The notes under the pieces: model-generated
What the model was told of the DNA's origin: nothing
What the model saw: the letters and a program-made list of their open reading frames with translations, nothing else
Database searches by the model: none
Shown here: positions 20,959 to 30,224 of the stretch, in pieces
Layout of the letters: every line of letters starts with the position of its first letter
Numbering within the stretch: the stretch's first letter is position 1
Translations under genes and position numbers: made by a program
From: an uncultured Candidatus Binatia bacterium
GTDB lineage: Bacteria; Desulfobacterota; Binatia; UBA9968; JAJDTQ01
DNA length: 64,000 bases
Direction: 5' to 3'
Assembly: GCA_965215605.1 (NCBI GenBank)
Contig: OZ244070.1
Location: 2,336,001 to 2,400,000, forward strand

Positions 20959-20983
20959 CGTCATTCCCGCGAAAGCGGGAATC
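20959..20983 (+). repeat. Palindromic REP-like element CGTCATTCCCGCGAAAGCGGGAATC (copy 1)
   Basis: Identical core at 46038; intergenic hairpin ATTCCCGC-GAAA-GCGGGAAT. Confidence 0.8.
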
Positions 20984-20994
20984 TTGCGGGAATG

Positions 20995-21041
20995 AAAAAG
21001 GGACCCTCCCGATGTTCGGCGACATCGAAAGGGTCCCTTTC
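20995..21041. terminator. Probable bidirectional terminator between convergent genes
   Basis: AAAGGGACCC..CGATGT / ACATCG..GGGTCCCTTT stem flanked by A and T runs. Confidence 0.7.
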
Positions 21042-21072
21042 GCCATTGTGGCGAAGATGCGGGCCGTCGGGC

Positions 21073-22095
21073 CTACTTCTTCATCCACCCCTTGTTGTTA
21101 TACCAGGCCAGGGCCTTGTCGTAGAACTCCTGGAACATGATCTGCTCCATCGGCGGGATCTTGGTATCCTTTGCGATGGACTTGGTCCAGAACGCCGACT
21201 CGATGTACGCTTCGACGCCCGCCGCGGTTGCCTGACAGCGATCGGGGATGGACTTTGCCTCCAAGATCTCGATTTCGTACATCTTCTTGGCGATGTGCGG
21301 CTTGTTGCGCATCACGTTCTGGTAGACGTTCAGCACTTCTTCGCCGTTCTTGGGGTCGTTGACGAAGGCGCATCCGCGAATGAGGGTGCCCATCAGGGCA
21401 ACGGCCTTGTCGGGATTGTCCTTGATGAAGTTCTTGTTCATGGCGAGTTGCAGGAACGCGTATTCCTTGACGAACTGTTCCGCGGCGCCGAGAACGGTCA
21501 AGCCCGCGTCGCGTGCCGCCAGCATCTTGCCGAAGGTGAGGGAGCCCACGTCGATCTTGCCGGCCTTGACGCCGGCCAACCGCGCGGACGATCCACCGAC
21601 CTTGATCAGGCGCACGTCCTTCTCCGGGATGCCCGCGTTCTGCAGCAGCTTGAGGGAGACGTAGACGTTGCCGGACGTGGGAGAGCTGATGCCCACCTTT
21701 ACCGGCCGCGGCAGGTCCTTGTAGGACTTGACGTGCTTGCCGCCCACGAGCCAGTAGGGCAGGGTGTTCAACTCGGTGCCGACGATGCGGATGTTGCTGC
21801 CCGGCCGAATGGCCAGCGCGATGTTGTCATCCGACCCGAAGAAGGGGAGCTGACCCCGTTCCAGCGCGAGGACCGCGGCGTTCTCACCGCCCGATACCGA
21901 GTAGACCCTGGCGTCGTAGCCGATGTCCTTGAAAAAACCCTTGTGGATGGCCACCTGCTCCACCAGCGACGTGGTGGAGTTGGTCTGCGCCACCGGGATG
22001 CGGAGCTTTTCCTGCGCGAGTGCCTGACCGCCAAGCAGCAGTCCCGCGCCCACCAAGGCTATGACAATTCCTTTTGCGATCCTCTTGGCCCTCAT
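21073..22095 (-). CDS. ABC transporter substrate-binding protein, NitT/TauT/SsuA-like (copy 3)
   Basis: Signal peptide MRAKRIAKGIVIALVGAGLLLGGQALA; KGFFKDIG, KVGGSSARLAGVKAGKID; GGAGG SD. Confidence 0.9.
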   Translation of the reverse strand: MRAKRIAKGIVIALVGAGLLLGGQALAQEKLRIPVAQTNSTTSLVEQVAIHKGFFKDIGYDARVYSVSGGENAAVLALERGQLPFFGSDDNIALAIRPGSNIRIVGTELNTLPYWLVGGKHVKSYKDLPRPVKVGISSPTSGNVYVSLKLLQNAGIPEKDVRLIKVGGSSARLAGVKAGKIDVGSLTFGKMLAARDAGLTVLGAAEQFVKEYAFLQLAMNKNFIKDNPDKAVALMGTLIRGCAFVNDPKNGEEVLNVYQNVMRNKPHIAKKMYEIEILEAKSIPDRCQATAAGVEAYIESAFWTKSIAKDTKIPPMEQIMFQEFYDKALAWYNNKGWMKK

Positions 22096-22144
22096 GTGTT
22101 TCCTCCTTCTGTTGGTTGATGGTTGACACGGTGAGCATGAAGAC

Positions 22145-22182
22145 GGACCCTTCCGATGTCCTGTCGGGCATCGGAGAGGTCC
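22145..22182. repeat. Intergenic hairpin related to the hairpin at 21001-21036
   Basis: GGACCCTTCCGATGTC...GGGCATCGGAGAGGTCC resembles the stem downstream of copy 3. Confidence 0.55.
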
Positions 22183-22214
22183 CTCCTTTGCAACACCGTT
22201 TCCTGTGACCTTCC

Positions 22215-23234
22215 TTACTTCTTCATCCACCCTTTGTTGTTGAACCAAGCCAGGGCCCGGTCATAGAACTCGGGGAACATGATGTCTTTGGTTGGCGGAA
22301 TCTTGGTGTCCGCCGCGATGGACTTGCTCCAGACGGCCGACTCGATGAATGCCTTGATACCAGCTTCCGTGGCCTGGCACCGGTCGGGGATGGAACCTTG
22401 GGCGACCTCGATCTCGTACATCTCCTTGGCGATGTCCGGCGGGTTGCGCATGACCTTCTCGAGGACGTGCAGGACCTCTTCACGGTTCGCGGGGTCGTTG
22501 ACGAACGCGCACCCGCGGATCAGGGTGCCGAACATGGCCTCGGCCTTCTTCGGCTGGTCCTTGATGTAGTTCTTGTTCATGGCGACCTGAAGGAACGCGT
22601 ATTCCTTGACGAACTGGTTCGCCGCGCCAAGGATCGACAGGTTTGCCTTCTTGGCCCGCAGCATCATGCCGAAAGTCAGCGAGCCCACGTCGATTTTGCC
22701 GCCCTTGACGCCCGCCAACCGTGCCGACGATCCGCCTACCTTGATCAGGCGGGTGTCCTTCGTCGGGATGCCGGCCGCCTCGAGCAGCTTCAGGGACACG
22801 TAGACGTTACCCGAGGTGGGGGAGCTGATCCCGACCTTCACCGGCCGCGGCAGGTCTTTGTAGGACTTGACGTGCTTCCCGGCCACGAGCCAGTACGGCA
22901 GCACGTTCATCTCGCTGCCGATGACGCGGATGTTGCTGCCCGGGCGAATGGCCAGAGGGATGTTGTCGTCCGAGCCGAAGAAGGGAAGTTGGCCCCGTTC
23001 CAGGGCGAGGACGGCGGCGTTCTCGCCACCCGATACCGAGTAGACCCTGGCGTCGTAACCGATGTCCTTGAAGAAGCCCTTGTAGATGGCCACCTGCTCG
23101 GTCAGCGCGGTGGTCGTGCTGGTCATCGCAACCGGGATTCGGAGGTTTTCCTGTGCGAGCACCTGTCCGCCCCATAACAGGCTGGCTCCCAAAAAGGCCG
23201 CGGCGATTCCTTTCGCAATGCGATTGTGTTTCAT
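22215..23234 (-). CDS. ABC transporter substrate-binding protein, NitT/TauT-like (copy 2)
   Basis: Close paralogue of the flanking genes, with a signal peptide. Confidence 0.9.
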   Translation of the reverse strand: MKHNRIAKGIAAAFLGASLLWGGQVLAQENLRIPVAMTSTTTALTEQVAIYKGFFKDIGYDARVYSVSGGENAAVLALERGQLPFFGSDDNIPLAIRPGSNIRVIGSEMNVLPYWLVAGKHVKSYKDLPRPVKVGISSPTSGNVYVSLKLLEAAGIPTKDTRLIKVGGSSARLAGVKGGKIDVGSLTFGMMLRAKKANLSILGAANQFVKEYAFLQVAMNKNYIKDQPKKAEAMFGTLIRGCAFVNDPANREEVLHVLEKVMRNPPDIAKEMYEIEVAQGSIPDRCQATEAGIKAFIESAVWSKSIAADTKIPPTKDIMFPEFYDRALAWFNNKGWMKK

Positions 23235-23250
23235 GCGTAGTCCTCCTTCG

Positions 23251-24273
23251 CTACTTTTTCATCCAGCCCTTGCTGTCGTGCCAGGCAAGGGCCTTGGCGT
23301 AGAACTCGGGGAACAGGATCTGGTCGATGGGCGGAACCTTGGTATCCGCCGCGATGGACTTGGTCCAGAAGGCCGAATCGAGGAAGGCCTTGATGCCCGC
23401 CTCGGTGGCTTGGCATCGGTCCGGGATGTGCTTGCTCTGGGTCACCTCGATGTCGTACATCTCCTTGGCCAGGTTCGGCTTGTTGCGCATGACCTTCGTG
23501 AGGACATGCATGACCTCTTCCTTGTTCTTCGGGTCGTTGATGTACGCACACCCGCGGATGAGGGTGCCGAACATGGCCGTGGCCTTGTCCGGATTGTCCT
23601 TGACGTAGTTCCTGTTCATGCCGAGTTGCGTGAAGGCGTATTCCTTCACGAACTGGTTGGCGGCGCCGAGGATCGTCAGGTTCGCTTCCCTGGCGCGCAG
23701 CATGTTGCCGAAGGTCAGCGAGCCCACGTCGATCTTGCCCGCCTTGACGCCCGCCAGACGCGCCGACGACCCGCCGACCTTCACCAGGCGCACATCCTTT
23801 CTGTCGATGCCGGCGGTCTCGAGCAGCTTGAGGGACACGTAGACATTGCCCGAGGTGGGCGAACTGATGCCCACTTTCACGGGCCGGGGCAGGTCCTTGT
23901 ACGACTTGACGTGTTTCCCGCCGACCAGCCAGTAGGGCAGCGTGTTCATCAAGGTGCCGACGACCCGGATGTTGCTGCCGGGACGAATGGCCAGGGGAAC
24001 GACGTCGTCCGAGCTGAAGAAGGGAAGTTGACCCCGTTCCAGGGCCAGCACCGCGGCGTTCTCGCCGCCCGACACCGAGTAGACCACGGCGTCGTAGCCG
24101 ATCTCCTTGAACCAGCCCTTGTAGATGCCCACCTGCTGCACCAGCGCGGTGCTCGAGTTGGGGGATGCCACCGGGATACGGAGCTTCTCCAGGGCCTGCG
24201 CGGAGCCGGCGAACCACAGGCATGCCCCCAGGAAGGCTGCGGCGATTCCTCTTGCGACAAGTCTACGTCTCAT
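23251..24273 (-). CDS. ABC transporter substrate-binding protein, NitT/TauT-like (copy 1)
   Basis: Start MRRRLVARGIAAAFLG with GGAGG SD; close paralogue. Confidence 0.9.
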   Translation of the reverse strand: MRRRLVARGIAAAFLGACLWFAGSAQALEKLRIPVASPNSSTALVQQVGIYKGWFKEIGYDAVVYSVSGGENAAVLALERGQLPFFSSDDVVPLAIRPGSNIRVVGTLMNTLPYWLVGGKHVKSYKDLPRPVKVGISSPTSGNVYVSLKLLETAGIDRKDVRLVKVGGSSARLAGVKAGKIDVGSLTFGNMLRAREANLTILGAANQFVKEYAFTQLGMNRNYVKDNPDKATAMFGTLIRGCAYINDPKNKEEVMHVLTKVMRNKPNLAKEMYDIEVTQSKHIPDRCQATEAGIKAFLDSAFWTKSIAADTKVPPIDQILFPEFYAKALAWHDSKGWMKK

Positions 24274-24362
24274 TGGCTTCCCTCCTTGTTTGTGAGATTC
24301 AGCCCGGAACTTCGCATCATTGCCGTTGCATGGGGAATGGCGCCCGCCCGGCGAGCTGCCGA

Positions 24363-25154
24363 CTACTCCTCCATGGCCTTGCGGGCCTCGTCCGCGAGCA
24401 ACTCCCAGATGTCGTGCTTGATCTGCAGGAACTCGGGTTCTTCCTTGATTCGCAGGGTGCGGGGGGTGGGAAAGGGAACCTTGATCTCCTTCATGATCGT
24501 ACCCGGCCTGAAGCTGAAGCAGAAAACGACGTCGGAAAGAAACACGGCTTCCTCGATGTCGTGGGTCACGAAGACCACTATCTTGCCCGAGTTCTTCCAA
24601 TCGATCATCCGCTGCAGCTCTTCCTGCATGAGCAGCCGCGTCTGGGCGTCCAGGGAGGCGAAGGGTTCGTCCATGAGCAGGATTTCCGGGTCCACCGCCA
24701 GTGCGCGGGCAAGGTTCACCCGCTGCTGCATGCCGCCGGAAAGCTCGTGAGGATAGTGGCTCTCGAAGCCCCGCAAGCCGACGATCTGCGTGTATTTGTC
24801 ACAGATCTCGCGCTTTTCGGTGGCGGACATGCTGCGGTCGTTCTCGATGCCGAACTGGATGTTGTCGGTAACGTTCCGCCAAGGCAGCAGCAGGGCCTGC
24901 TGGAACACCACGGCCTTGTTGGGCGTCGGACCGGTCACTTCCTCGCCGTCCAGCAGGATACGGCCCTTGGTAGGGGGCAGCAGCCCGTGGATCATGTGCA
25001 GCAGCGTCGTCTTGCCGCAGCCGCTGGGTCCCACGAACGAATAGAACGTCCCCGGACGGAGATCCATGTCGACGCCGCCCACGGCATGGACCGTCTCCCC
25101 GGTGGGTTTCATGAAGGTCTTGTGGATTTGCTCTACCTGAATCGATGACGACAC
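24363..25154 (-). CDS. ABC transporter ATP-binding protein (TauB/SsuB-like)
   Basis: GPSGCGKTT, LSGGMQQR, LLMDEPFASLDAQTR, FVTHDIEEA. Confidence 0.95.
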   Translation of the reverse strand: MSSSIQVEQIHKTFMKPTGETVHAVGGVDMDLRPGTFYSFVGPSGCGKTTLLHMIHGLLPPTKGRILLDGEEVTGPTPNKAVVFQQALLLPWRNVTDNIQFGIENDRSMSATEKREICDKYTQIVGLRGFESHYPHELSGGMQQRVNLARALAVDPEILLMDEPFASLDAQTRLLMQEELQRMIDWKNSGKIVVFVTHDIEEAVFLSDVVFCFSFRPGTIMKEIKVPFPTPRTLRIKEEPEFLQIKHDIWELLADEARKAMEE

Positions 25155-25157
25155 GGA

Positions 25158-25943
25158 CTACTCCTGTAATTGGGAATCACGCCAAGGCGCCATGCGGCGC
25201 TCGATCATGAGAATCGCCTGGTTGAGCACCACGCCGGTGCCGGCGAGCATGGCCGCGCACGACATCATGAGCGGCATGTTGAAGGTATCCAGTCCCTTGA
25301 ACAGTTGATAGCCGAGTCCCGCATAGGCGCCGAAATACTCTCCCACGACGACTCCCACGATCCCGCGGGAGATGCCGAGGCGCAGCCCCGTAACGATATA
25401 GGGGAGTGAACCCGGAATGAGGATCTTGTAAAGGACCTGATTCTTGGGAATGCAGAACGAGCTGGCGAGGGTCTGGAACTCCTTGCCGACGCTCAGAACC
25501 CCGGTGTAGGTGTTCAGGACGATGGGCACCACCGCGGTGATGAGGACGATGACGATCTTGGCCGTGAGGTCCACGCCGAACCAGATGATGATGAGCGGCG
25601 CCAGCGCCACGGACGGCGTGGCGTAGACCGCGCTCAGCCAGGGATCGAAGAATTCGCGGAATACCCGGCTGATCCCGAAGATCATCCCGAGGGCGATGCC
25701 CGCGAACGCGGCTACGCCGAATCCCCAGAAGAACTCGATGCCGCTGATGTATAGATCGTCAAGGATCTCGCCGCTGGCGAAAAGGCCGTAGGTGTGGGTG
25801 ACGACCCGCCACGGGCCCACGAAGAACAACTCGCTGTTGACCTGCCAGTCGGCGAACGACCAGAACACCGCCACGATGGCGATGCCGAAAATCGCGTTCA
25901 GCCATTTACGCTGCTGCTGATAGATACTTGCCAAGGCTTCCAT
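25158..25943 (-). CDS. ABC transporter permease (TauC/SsuC-like)
   Basis: Hydrophobic; PSVALAPLIIIWFG, PGSLPYIVTGLRLG, EYFGAYAGLGY. Confidence 0.93.
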   Translation of the reverse strand: MEALASIYQQQRKWLNAIFGIAIVAVFWSFADWQVNSELFFVGPWRVVTHTYGLFASGEILDDLYISGIEFFWGFGVAAFAGIALGMIFGISRVFREFFDPWLSAVYATPSVALAPLIIIWFGVDLTAKIVIVLITAVVPIVLNTYTGVLSVGKEFQTLASSFCIPKNQVLYKILIPGSLPYIVTGLRLGISRGIVGVVVGEYFGAYAGLGYQLFKGLDTFNMPLMMSCAAMLAGTGVVLNQAILMIERRMAPWRDSQLQE

Positions 25944-25957
25944 GAGGTTCTCTCGAC

Positions 25958-26788
25958 TTAGACCAGTGTCTTTCTGTAAGGCGTAGCCCAGCGCTCGACG
26001 CCCTTGAGGATCTCGTTGCCCGCGATCCCCATGATGGTCAGCAGCGAGATGCCTACCATCATCTCGGCCACGTGGAACGTCTGCGTCGCGTGGTCGATCA
26101 TGTAGCCGATGCCGGCCTCGGCCCCGAACAGCTCTGCCACCATGATGGTCACCACCGACCGGGAGTAGCCCAGCCTCAGCCCCGCGATCAGGAACGGCAG
26201 CGAACCCGGTATGATGATCTTGGTCAGCATGGCCCAGAACGAGATGTTGAAGGCCCGTCCCAGCATGCGGAACTCGCCTTGAACGTTCTTGATGCCGGCC
26301 TGTGTGTTGATGATTACGGGAAACACCGAGGCCAGGGTGATGACGCCGACCTTGGAGGCGATGCCGAGGCCCAGCCAGATGATGAACAGCGGCGCCGCCA
26401 CCGAACGCGGTGTGGCGTAAAGGCCCACCAGGATGGGGGAGAACATCTCGTCCAGGGTCTTGCTGAAAGCCACCGCCGCGCCGATGACGACTCCCAGGAT
26501 CATGGCGAGGCCGAAGCCGTAGATCAGCTCGGTGCCGCTGTAGTTGATGTTCTCCCAGAACCGCGGCTCATAGACCAGCACCGTGAATTCGACCGCTACT
26601 GCCACCGGGCCGGTGAAGAAGTCGGGATCATCGAAGATGTAGTCGATGAACTCCCACGTCAACAGGGCCAGGATCACGGAGAAGAAGAAGTTGATGCCGA
26701 TGCGGTGGCGGTTGTAGACACCCTTCACGGACGTGACGAACGAAGGCTCGGGCGTGTCTTCGAGCGGTACAGGTTGCGTTTTACTCAT
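25958..26788 (-). CDS. ABC transporter permease (TauC/SsuC-like)
   Basis: APLFIIWLGLG, PGSLPFLIAGLRLG, AELFGAEAGIGY. Confidence 0.93.
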   Translation of the reverse strand: MSKTQPVPLEDTPEPSFVTSVKGVYNRHRIGINFFFSVILALLTWEFIDYIFDDPDFFTGPVAVAVEFTVLVYEPRFWENINYSGTELIYGFGLAMILGVVIGAAVAFSKTLDEMFSPILVGLYATPRSVAAPLFIIWLGLGIASKVGVITLASVFPVIINTQAGIKNVQGEFRMLGRAFNISFWAMLTKIIIPGSLPFLIAGLRLGYSRSVVTIMVAELFGAEAGIGYMIDHATQTFHVAEMMVGISLLTIMGIAGNEILKGVERWATPYRKTLV

Positions 26789-26835
26789 GGATTTCCGATG
26801 GGCGTAGAAATGGGGCGGATGCAATTAAACCCTGC

Positions 26836-26864
26836 CTCATACGAGTATTGGCAGACCTTGTCAA
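26836..26864 (-). promoter_or_regulatory. Putative sigma70 promoter of the ABC operon
   Basis: TTGACA-17 nt-TATGAG on the minus strand. Confidence 0.5.
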
Positions 26865-26884
26865 GCGGTTTTGACTGTTTGCGG

Positions 26885-27424
26885 TCAGATCCTCACGACC
26901 GCATCGACTTTGTCGATTTCCGTGAGCCGGACGCGCACGTCCCCGCCCTTGGACATCGCGACCTGCTTGCCGACGAAACGGGCCTCGATGGGAAGCTCCC
27001 GTCCGCCGCGGTCTACCAGGACCGCGAGAAAGATGGCCCTGGGCCGCCCCAGTGCCATGAGGTGGTCGACGGCGGCGCGGACGGTGCGTCCGGTATGCAA
27101 CACGTCATCGAACAGGATCACGGTCTTGTCGGTCACGTCGAAGGGTATGTGGGTGGCGTCGATGCGTCCCTTGGGCAGCAACGTGTTCAGGTCGTCGCGA
27201 TAGAGCGTGGCGTCGAGCTCGCCCACGAGAACCGGCAGGCCGTGCTTTTCCTTCAGGACCGCGGCGACACGCCGGGCCAAGGTAGGTCCGCGGGTCCGTA
27301 TACCGACGAAGGCCAGCGCGCCGGCGCACTCCTCGGCGATCCGCTTGGCAAAGCCCGCCAGAACTCTCTTGATCTGTGCTCCGCCGAGCACGGGTGTTTC
27401 CTTGGTTGCCTTAGATTTCTGCAT
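26885..27424 (-). CDS. pyrR: PyrR-family uracil phosphoribosyltransferase / attenuation regulator
   Basis: GIRTRG, LDATLYRDDL, ILFDDVLHTGRTVRAA, GRP, LVDRGGRELPI. Confidence 0.9.
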   Translation of the reverse strand: MQKSKATKETPVLGGAQIKRVLAGFAKRIAEECAGALAFVGIRTRGPTLARRVAAVLKEKHGLPVLVGELDATLYRDDLNTLLPKGRIDATHIPFDVTDKTVILFDDVLHTGRTVRAAVDHLMALGRPRAIFLAVLVDRGGRELPIEARFVGKQVAMSKGGDVRVRLTEIDKVDAVVRI

Positions 27425-28703
27425 GGGCGGCTCGAAGCAGGGCCTCCACCAGGAGTTGGGTGCCGAGGCAGATGTCCGCGGGATCGGTCCACTCCGTGGG
27501 GTTGTGGCTGACGCCGTTGGTGCTGGGGATGAAGATCATGCCGGTGGGGGTGATCTTGGCCATCTGCATGGCGTCGTGACCGGCTCCCGACGGCATCACC
27601 TCGAAGGGAACCTCCCGCTCCTCGCAGGTGGCGCGGATGAGCGAGATCACTCCCGGGTGCAGCGCCACCGGCTCCTCGTCCCGGATCGCCAGTACCTCGA
27701 CCTTCATGCCCCGCTCCCGGACGATCCGCCGCGCCCGCTTCTTGATCAGTCCCGCCACCTTGCGCTTGGAGGCGGCGGTGATGCTGCGCACGTCCACCTG
27801 AAGCTCCACGCGGCCGGGGATGGCGTTGATGACCCCCGGCTCGACCTTGATGGCGCCCACGGTGCCCACCACCCGGCCCTGGTCCTCGGAGGAATGCTCC
27901 CGGCAGACCTCGTCGATGTAGGTGATGAGGCAGCCCGCCGCCACCAGCGCGTCCTTGCGCATCTCCATGGGGGTGGTGCCGCTGTGGTCCGCCTGTCCCT
28001 TGAAAACCACTCGGAACCGGCTCGGGGCGGCGATGGCGGTGACCACGCCGATCTTCTTCTTCTTCGATTCCAGCACCGGCCCCTGCTCGATGTGGAGCTC
28101 GATGTAGGCCTTGACGGTCTCCGGGTCGCGTTTCAGGGACGCGAGGTTCTCCCGGTAGATGCCGAAGCTCGAGAGCACGTCCTCGAGCCGGTTGCCGCCG
28201 GCGTCCACCGCGTTGGCGAAGTCGTCCATGGTGACGTCCCCCGCCACCAGGCTGCTGCCCAGCGTGGCGAAACCGAACCGGCTGGATTCCTCCCCCACGA
28301 AGCACACGCTCTCCAGCGGCAAGGGCAGGGGCACGCCGCTCTCCTTGATGGTCCGCACCGCTTCGAGGGCGCCGATGACCCCCACCGGGCCGTCGTACCT
28401 GCCGCCCTGGATGACGGAATCGAGGTGGGACCCGGCCAGCACCGCGGGTCCGTCCGTTCCCGCCGACAGCCGCCCGAAGATGTTTCCGGCGGCATCCACG
28501 CGCACGTCGAGGCCGGCCTGGTTCATCAGGTGGACCAGCAACTGGCGGGAGCGCAACTCGTGCACCGAGAACACCAGCCGTGTGACCGATCCGCCCTCGC
28601 CCAAGCCGATTCGGGAGACCGCGTTCAGGTCGCGCAACAGCCTGTCTTTATTGATCTCGGGGACTTCCATCCGACGACTCGACGGGTCCGGGAAGGTGTG
28701 CAT
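27411..28703 (-). CDS. Zn-dependent M20 amidohydrolase (allantoate amidohydrolase / N-carbamoyl-amino acid hydrolase / beta-ureidopropionase family)
   Basis: GSHLDSV..GGRYDG, EESSRFG, ELHIEQGPVLE, HSGTTPM, SGAGHDA, SHNPTE. Start may be ATG at 28670. Confidence 0.92.
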   Translation of the reverse strand: MHTFPDPSSRRMEVPEINKDRLLRDLNAVSRIGLGEGGSVTRLVFSVHELRSRQLLVHLMNQAGLDVRVDAAGNIFGRLSAGTDGPAVLAGSHLDSVIQGGRYDGPVGVIGALEAVRTIKESGVPLPLPLESVCFVGEESSRFGFATLGSSLVAGDVTMDDFANAVDAGGNRLEDVLSSFGIYRENLASLKRDPETVKAYIELHIEQGPVLESKKKKIGVVTAIAAPSRFRVVFKGQADHSGTTPMEMRKDALVAAGCLITYIDEVCREHSSEDQGRVVGTVGAIKVEPGVINAIPGRVELQVDVRSITAASKRKVAGLIKKRARRIVRERGMKVEVLAIRDEEPVALHPGVISLIRATCEEREVPFEVMPSGAGHDAMQMAKITPTGMIFIPSTNGVSHNPTEWTDPADICLGTQLLVEALLRAAHAEI

Positions 28704-28772
28704 GGTAACAAAAATGCGCGGGAGGGGACAACGGCTGGAAAAGCCCCATTCACCGTGTTAAGAACCGCATCC

Positions 28773-29441
28773 ATGTCGGAGACCGGAAAGAGAATCGCCC
28801 AGTTGCTGCTGAGCACGCAGTCCATTCAGGTGTACAGCGACAGACCCTTCGTGTTCGTCTCGGGCCGGGTGTCGCCGGTCTACATCGACTGCCGGCGCCT
28901 GCTTTCCTTTCCAGAGGCACGGGACGAGATCCTCGAGGCGTTGGCCCAGATCGCCCGCCGCGACATCGGCCTCGACAACGTGGACGTGGTGGCCGGCGGC
29001 GAGACCGCGGGGATTCCCTATGCCGCCTTCGTGTCCCACTATCTGCGGAAGCCGATGATCTACATCCGCAAGAACCCCAAGGGCTACGGACACACCAACC
29101 AGATCGAGGGGGTTCTCGGCGAGGGGCAGCGGGTCACGCTGGTGGAAGATCTGGTGACGGACGGCTTCAGCAAGCTCCGCTTCAACATCGGCGTCCGCGC
29201 CCAGAAGGCGCGCATCACGCACTGCCTGTGCGTGTTCGAGTACAGCTCCGACGAGCTGGATCTGCACGAGGGCAAGAAGAACCTCGGCGACCACGACATC
29301 AGCCTGCACACCCTGTGCAACTGGGACGACGTCCTGAACGCCGGCGCGGAAACCGGGTTCTTCTCGGAGGAGAGCCGGACCCAGATCCTCGATTTCCTCA
29401 ACGACCCCTCCAACTGGGGCCGCCGCATGGGCTTCGAGTAG
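28773..29441 (+). CDS. pyrE: Orotate phosphoribosyltransferase
   Basis: PFVFVSGRVSPVYIDCR, GGETAGIP, YIRKNPKGYG, LVEDLVTDG. Confidence 0.92.
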   Translation: MSETGKRIAQLLLSTQSIQVYSDRPFVFVSGRVSPVYIDCRRLLSFPEARDEILEALAQIARRDIGLDNVDVVAGGETAGIPYAAFVSHYLRKPMIYIRKNPKGYGHTNQIEGVLGEGQRVTLVEDLVTDGFSKLRFNIGVRAQKARITHCLCVFEYSSDELDLHEGKKNLGDHDISLHTLCNWDDVLNAGAETGFFSEESRTQILDFLNDPSNWGRRMGFE

Positions 29442-29447
29442 CTGCCC

Positions 29448-29470
29448 GTCACCCCGGGCTTGACCCGGGG
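29448..29470 (+). repeat. GTCA-led palindromic REP-like element GTCACCCCGGGCTTGACCCGGGG
   Basis: Hairpin CCCCGGG-CTTGA-CCCGGGG between convergent genes. Confidence 0.55.
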
Positions 29471-29500
29471 CCAGGCGGCGCGGGAGGGCGGCGGCCACCC

Positions 29501-30133
29501 TTACTCCTCGTCGTAGATCTCCACGTCCACCGGCTTGCCGCCCACCGGCATGTCCGGACACGCACTGAACGCCGCCAGCAGGTCCCGCTCGGCCCTGATG
29601 TCGACGTTGGTCGGCGCCTCGGGCCGGATGTTCGTGTGCTGCATGAGGCCGGTCTTGCCGTCGATGATCATGTGCTGGAAGAGGTTGAAGGGGCTCGGAA
29701 TGTCCTCCGGGGCGATGTCGTAGGGCGCCAGCGCCTTGGACAGGTTCTCCCAGCAGCCATGATCCGGAATCTCGTCGTCCCGGTAGTCCCGGTGGTAGTA
29801 CTCCCGCAGCCGCCCCTCCGCCTTGGCCAACTGAAAGCGCCGTCCGCTGCACATGCCCTTCTGCAGATCGTGGGTCCCTTCCTTGAAGGTGTCCGCCACG
29901 ATGGTCATGAAGTGCTGGTTGTCCCGGGACATCAGCTTGTCGCCTGTGCTCAGGAAGATCTTCCCGTTGTAGACCTTGGTGCGGGCCTGGTCGAACCGCT
30001 CCCGCAGGTTGTCCCGGTCCAGCACCAGGAAATCCACCGTGGACATGGCGATGATGCGGATGATCTGCCCCTTCCTGAGATCCCCGGACCAGCCGCTGTT
30101 GGCGGGGACGTGCTCGCTGAATATCTTTTTCAT
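29501..30133 (-). CDS. DUF1989 family protein (paralogue of 19085-19738)
   Basis: ERFDQARTK, HDLQKGMCS, HGCWENLS, DIPSPFNLFQ, SACP. Confidence 0.85.
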   Translation of the reverse strand: MKKIFSEHVPANSGWSGDLRKGQIIRIIAMSTVDFLVLDRDNLRERFDQARTKVYNGKIFLSTGDKLMSRDNQHFMTIVADTFKEGTHDLQKGMCSGRRFQLAKAEGRLREYYHRDYRDDEIPDHGCWENLSKALAPYDIAPEDIPSPFNLFQHMIIDGKTGLMQHTNIRPEAPTNVDIRAERDLLAAFSACPDMPVGGKPVDVEIYDEE

Positions 30134-30224
30134 TCAGGCCTCCTTCGTAGCGGAACTGTGAACCGCCGGGCACGAATTTTCAATACTCGGCGTGGCGTCC
30201 GGCGTTCTTGTTTCCCGGTTCCCG

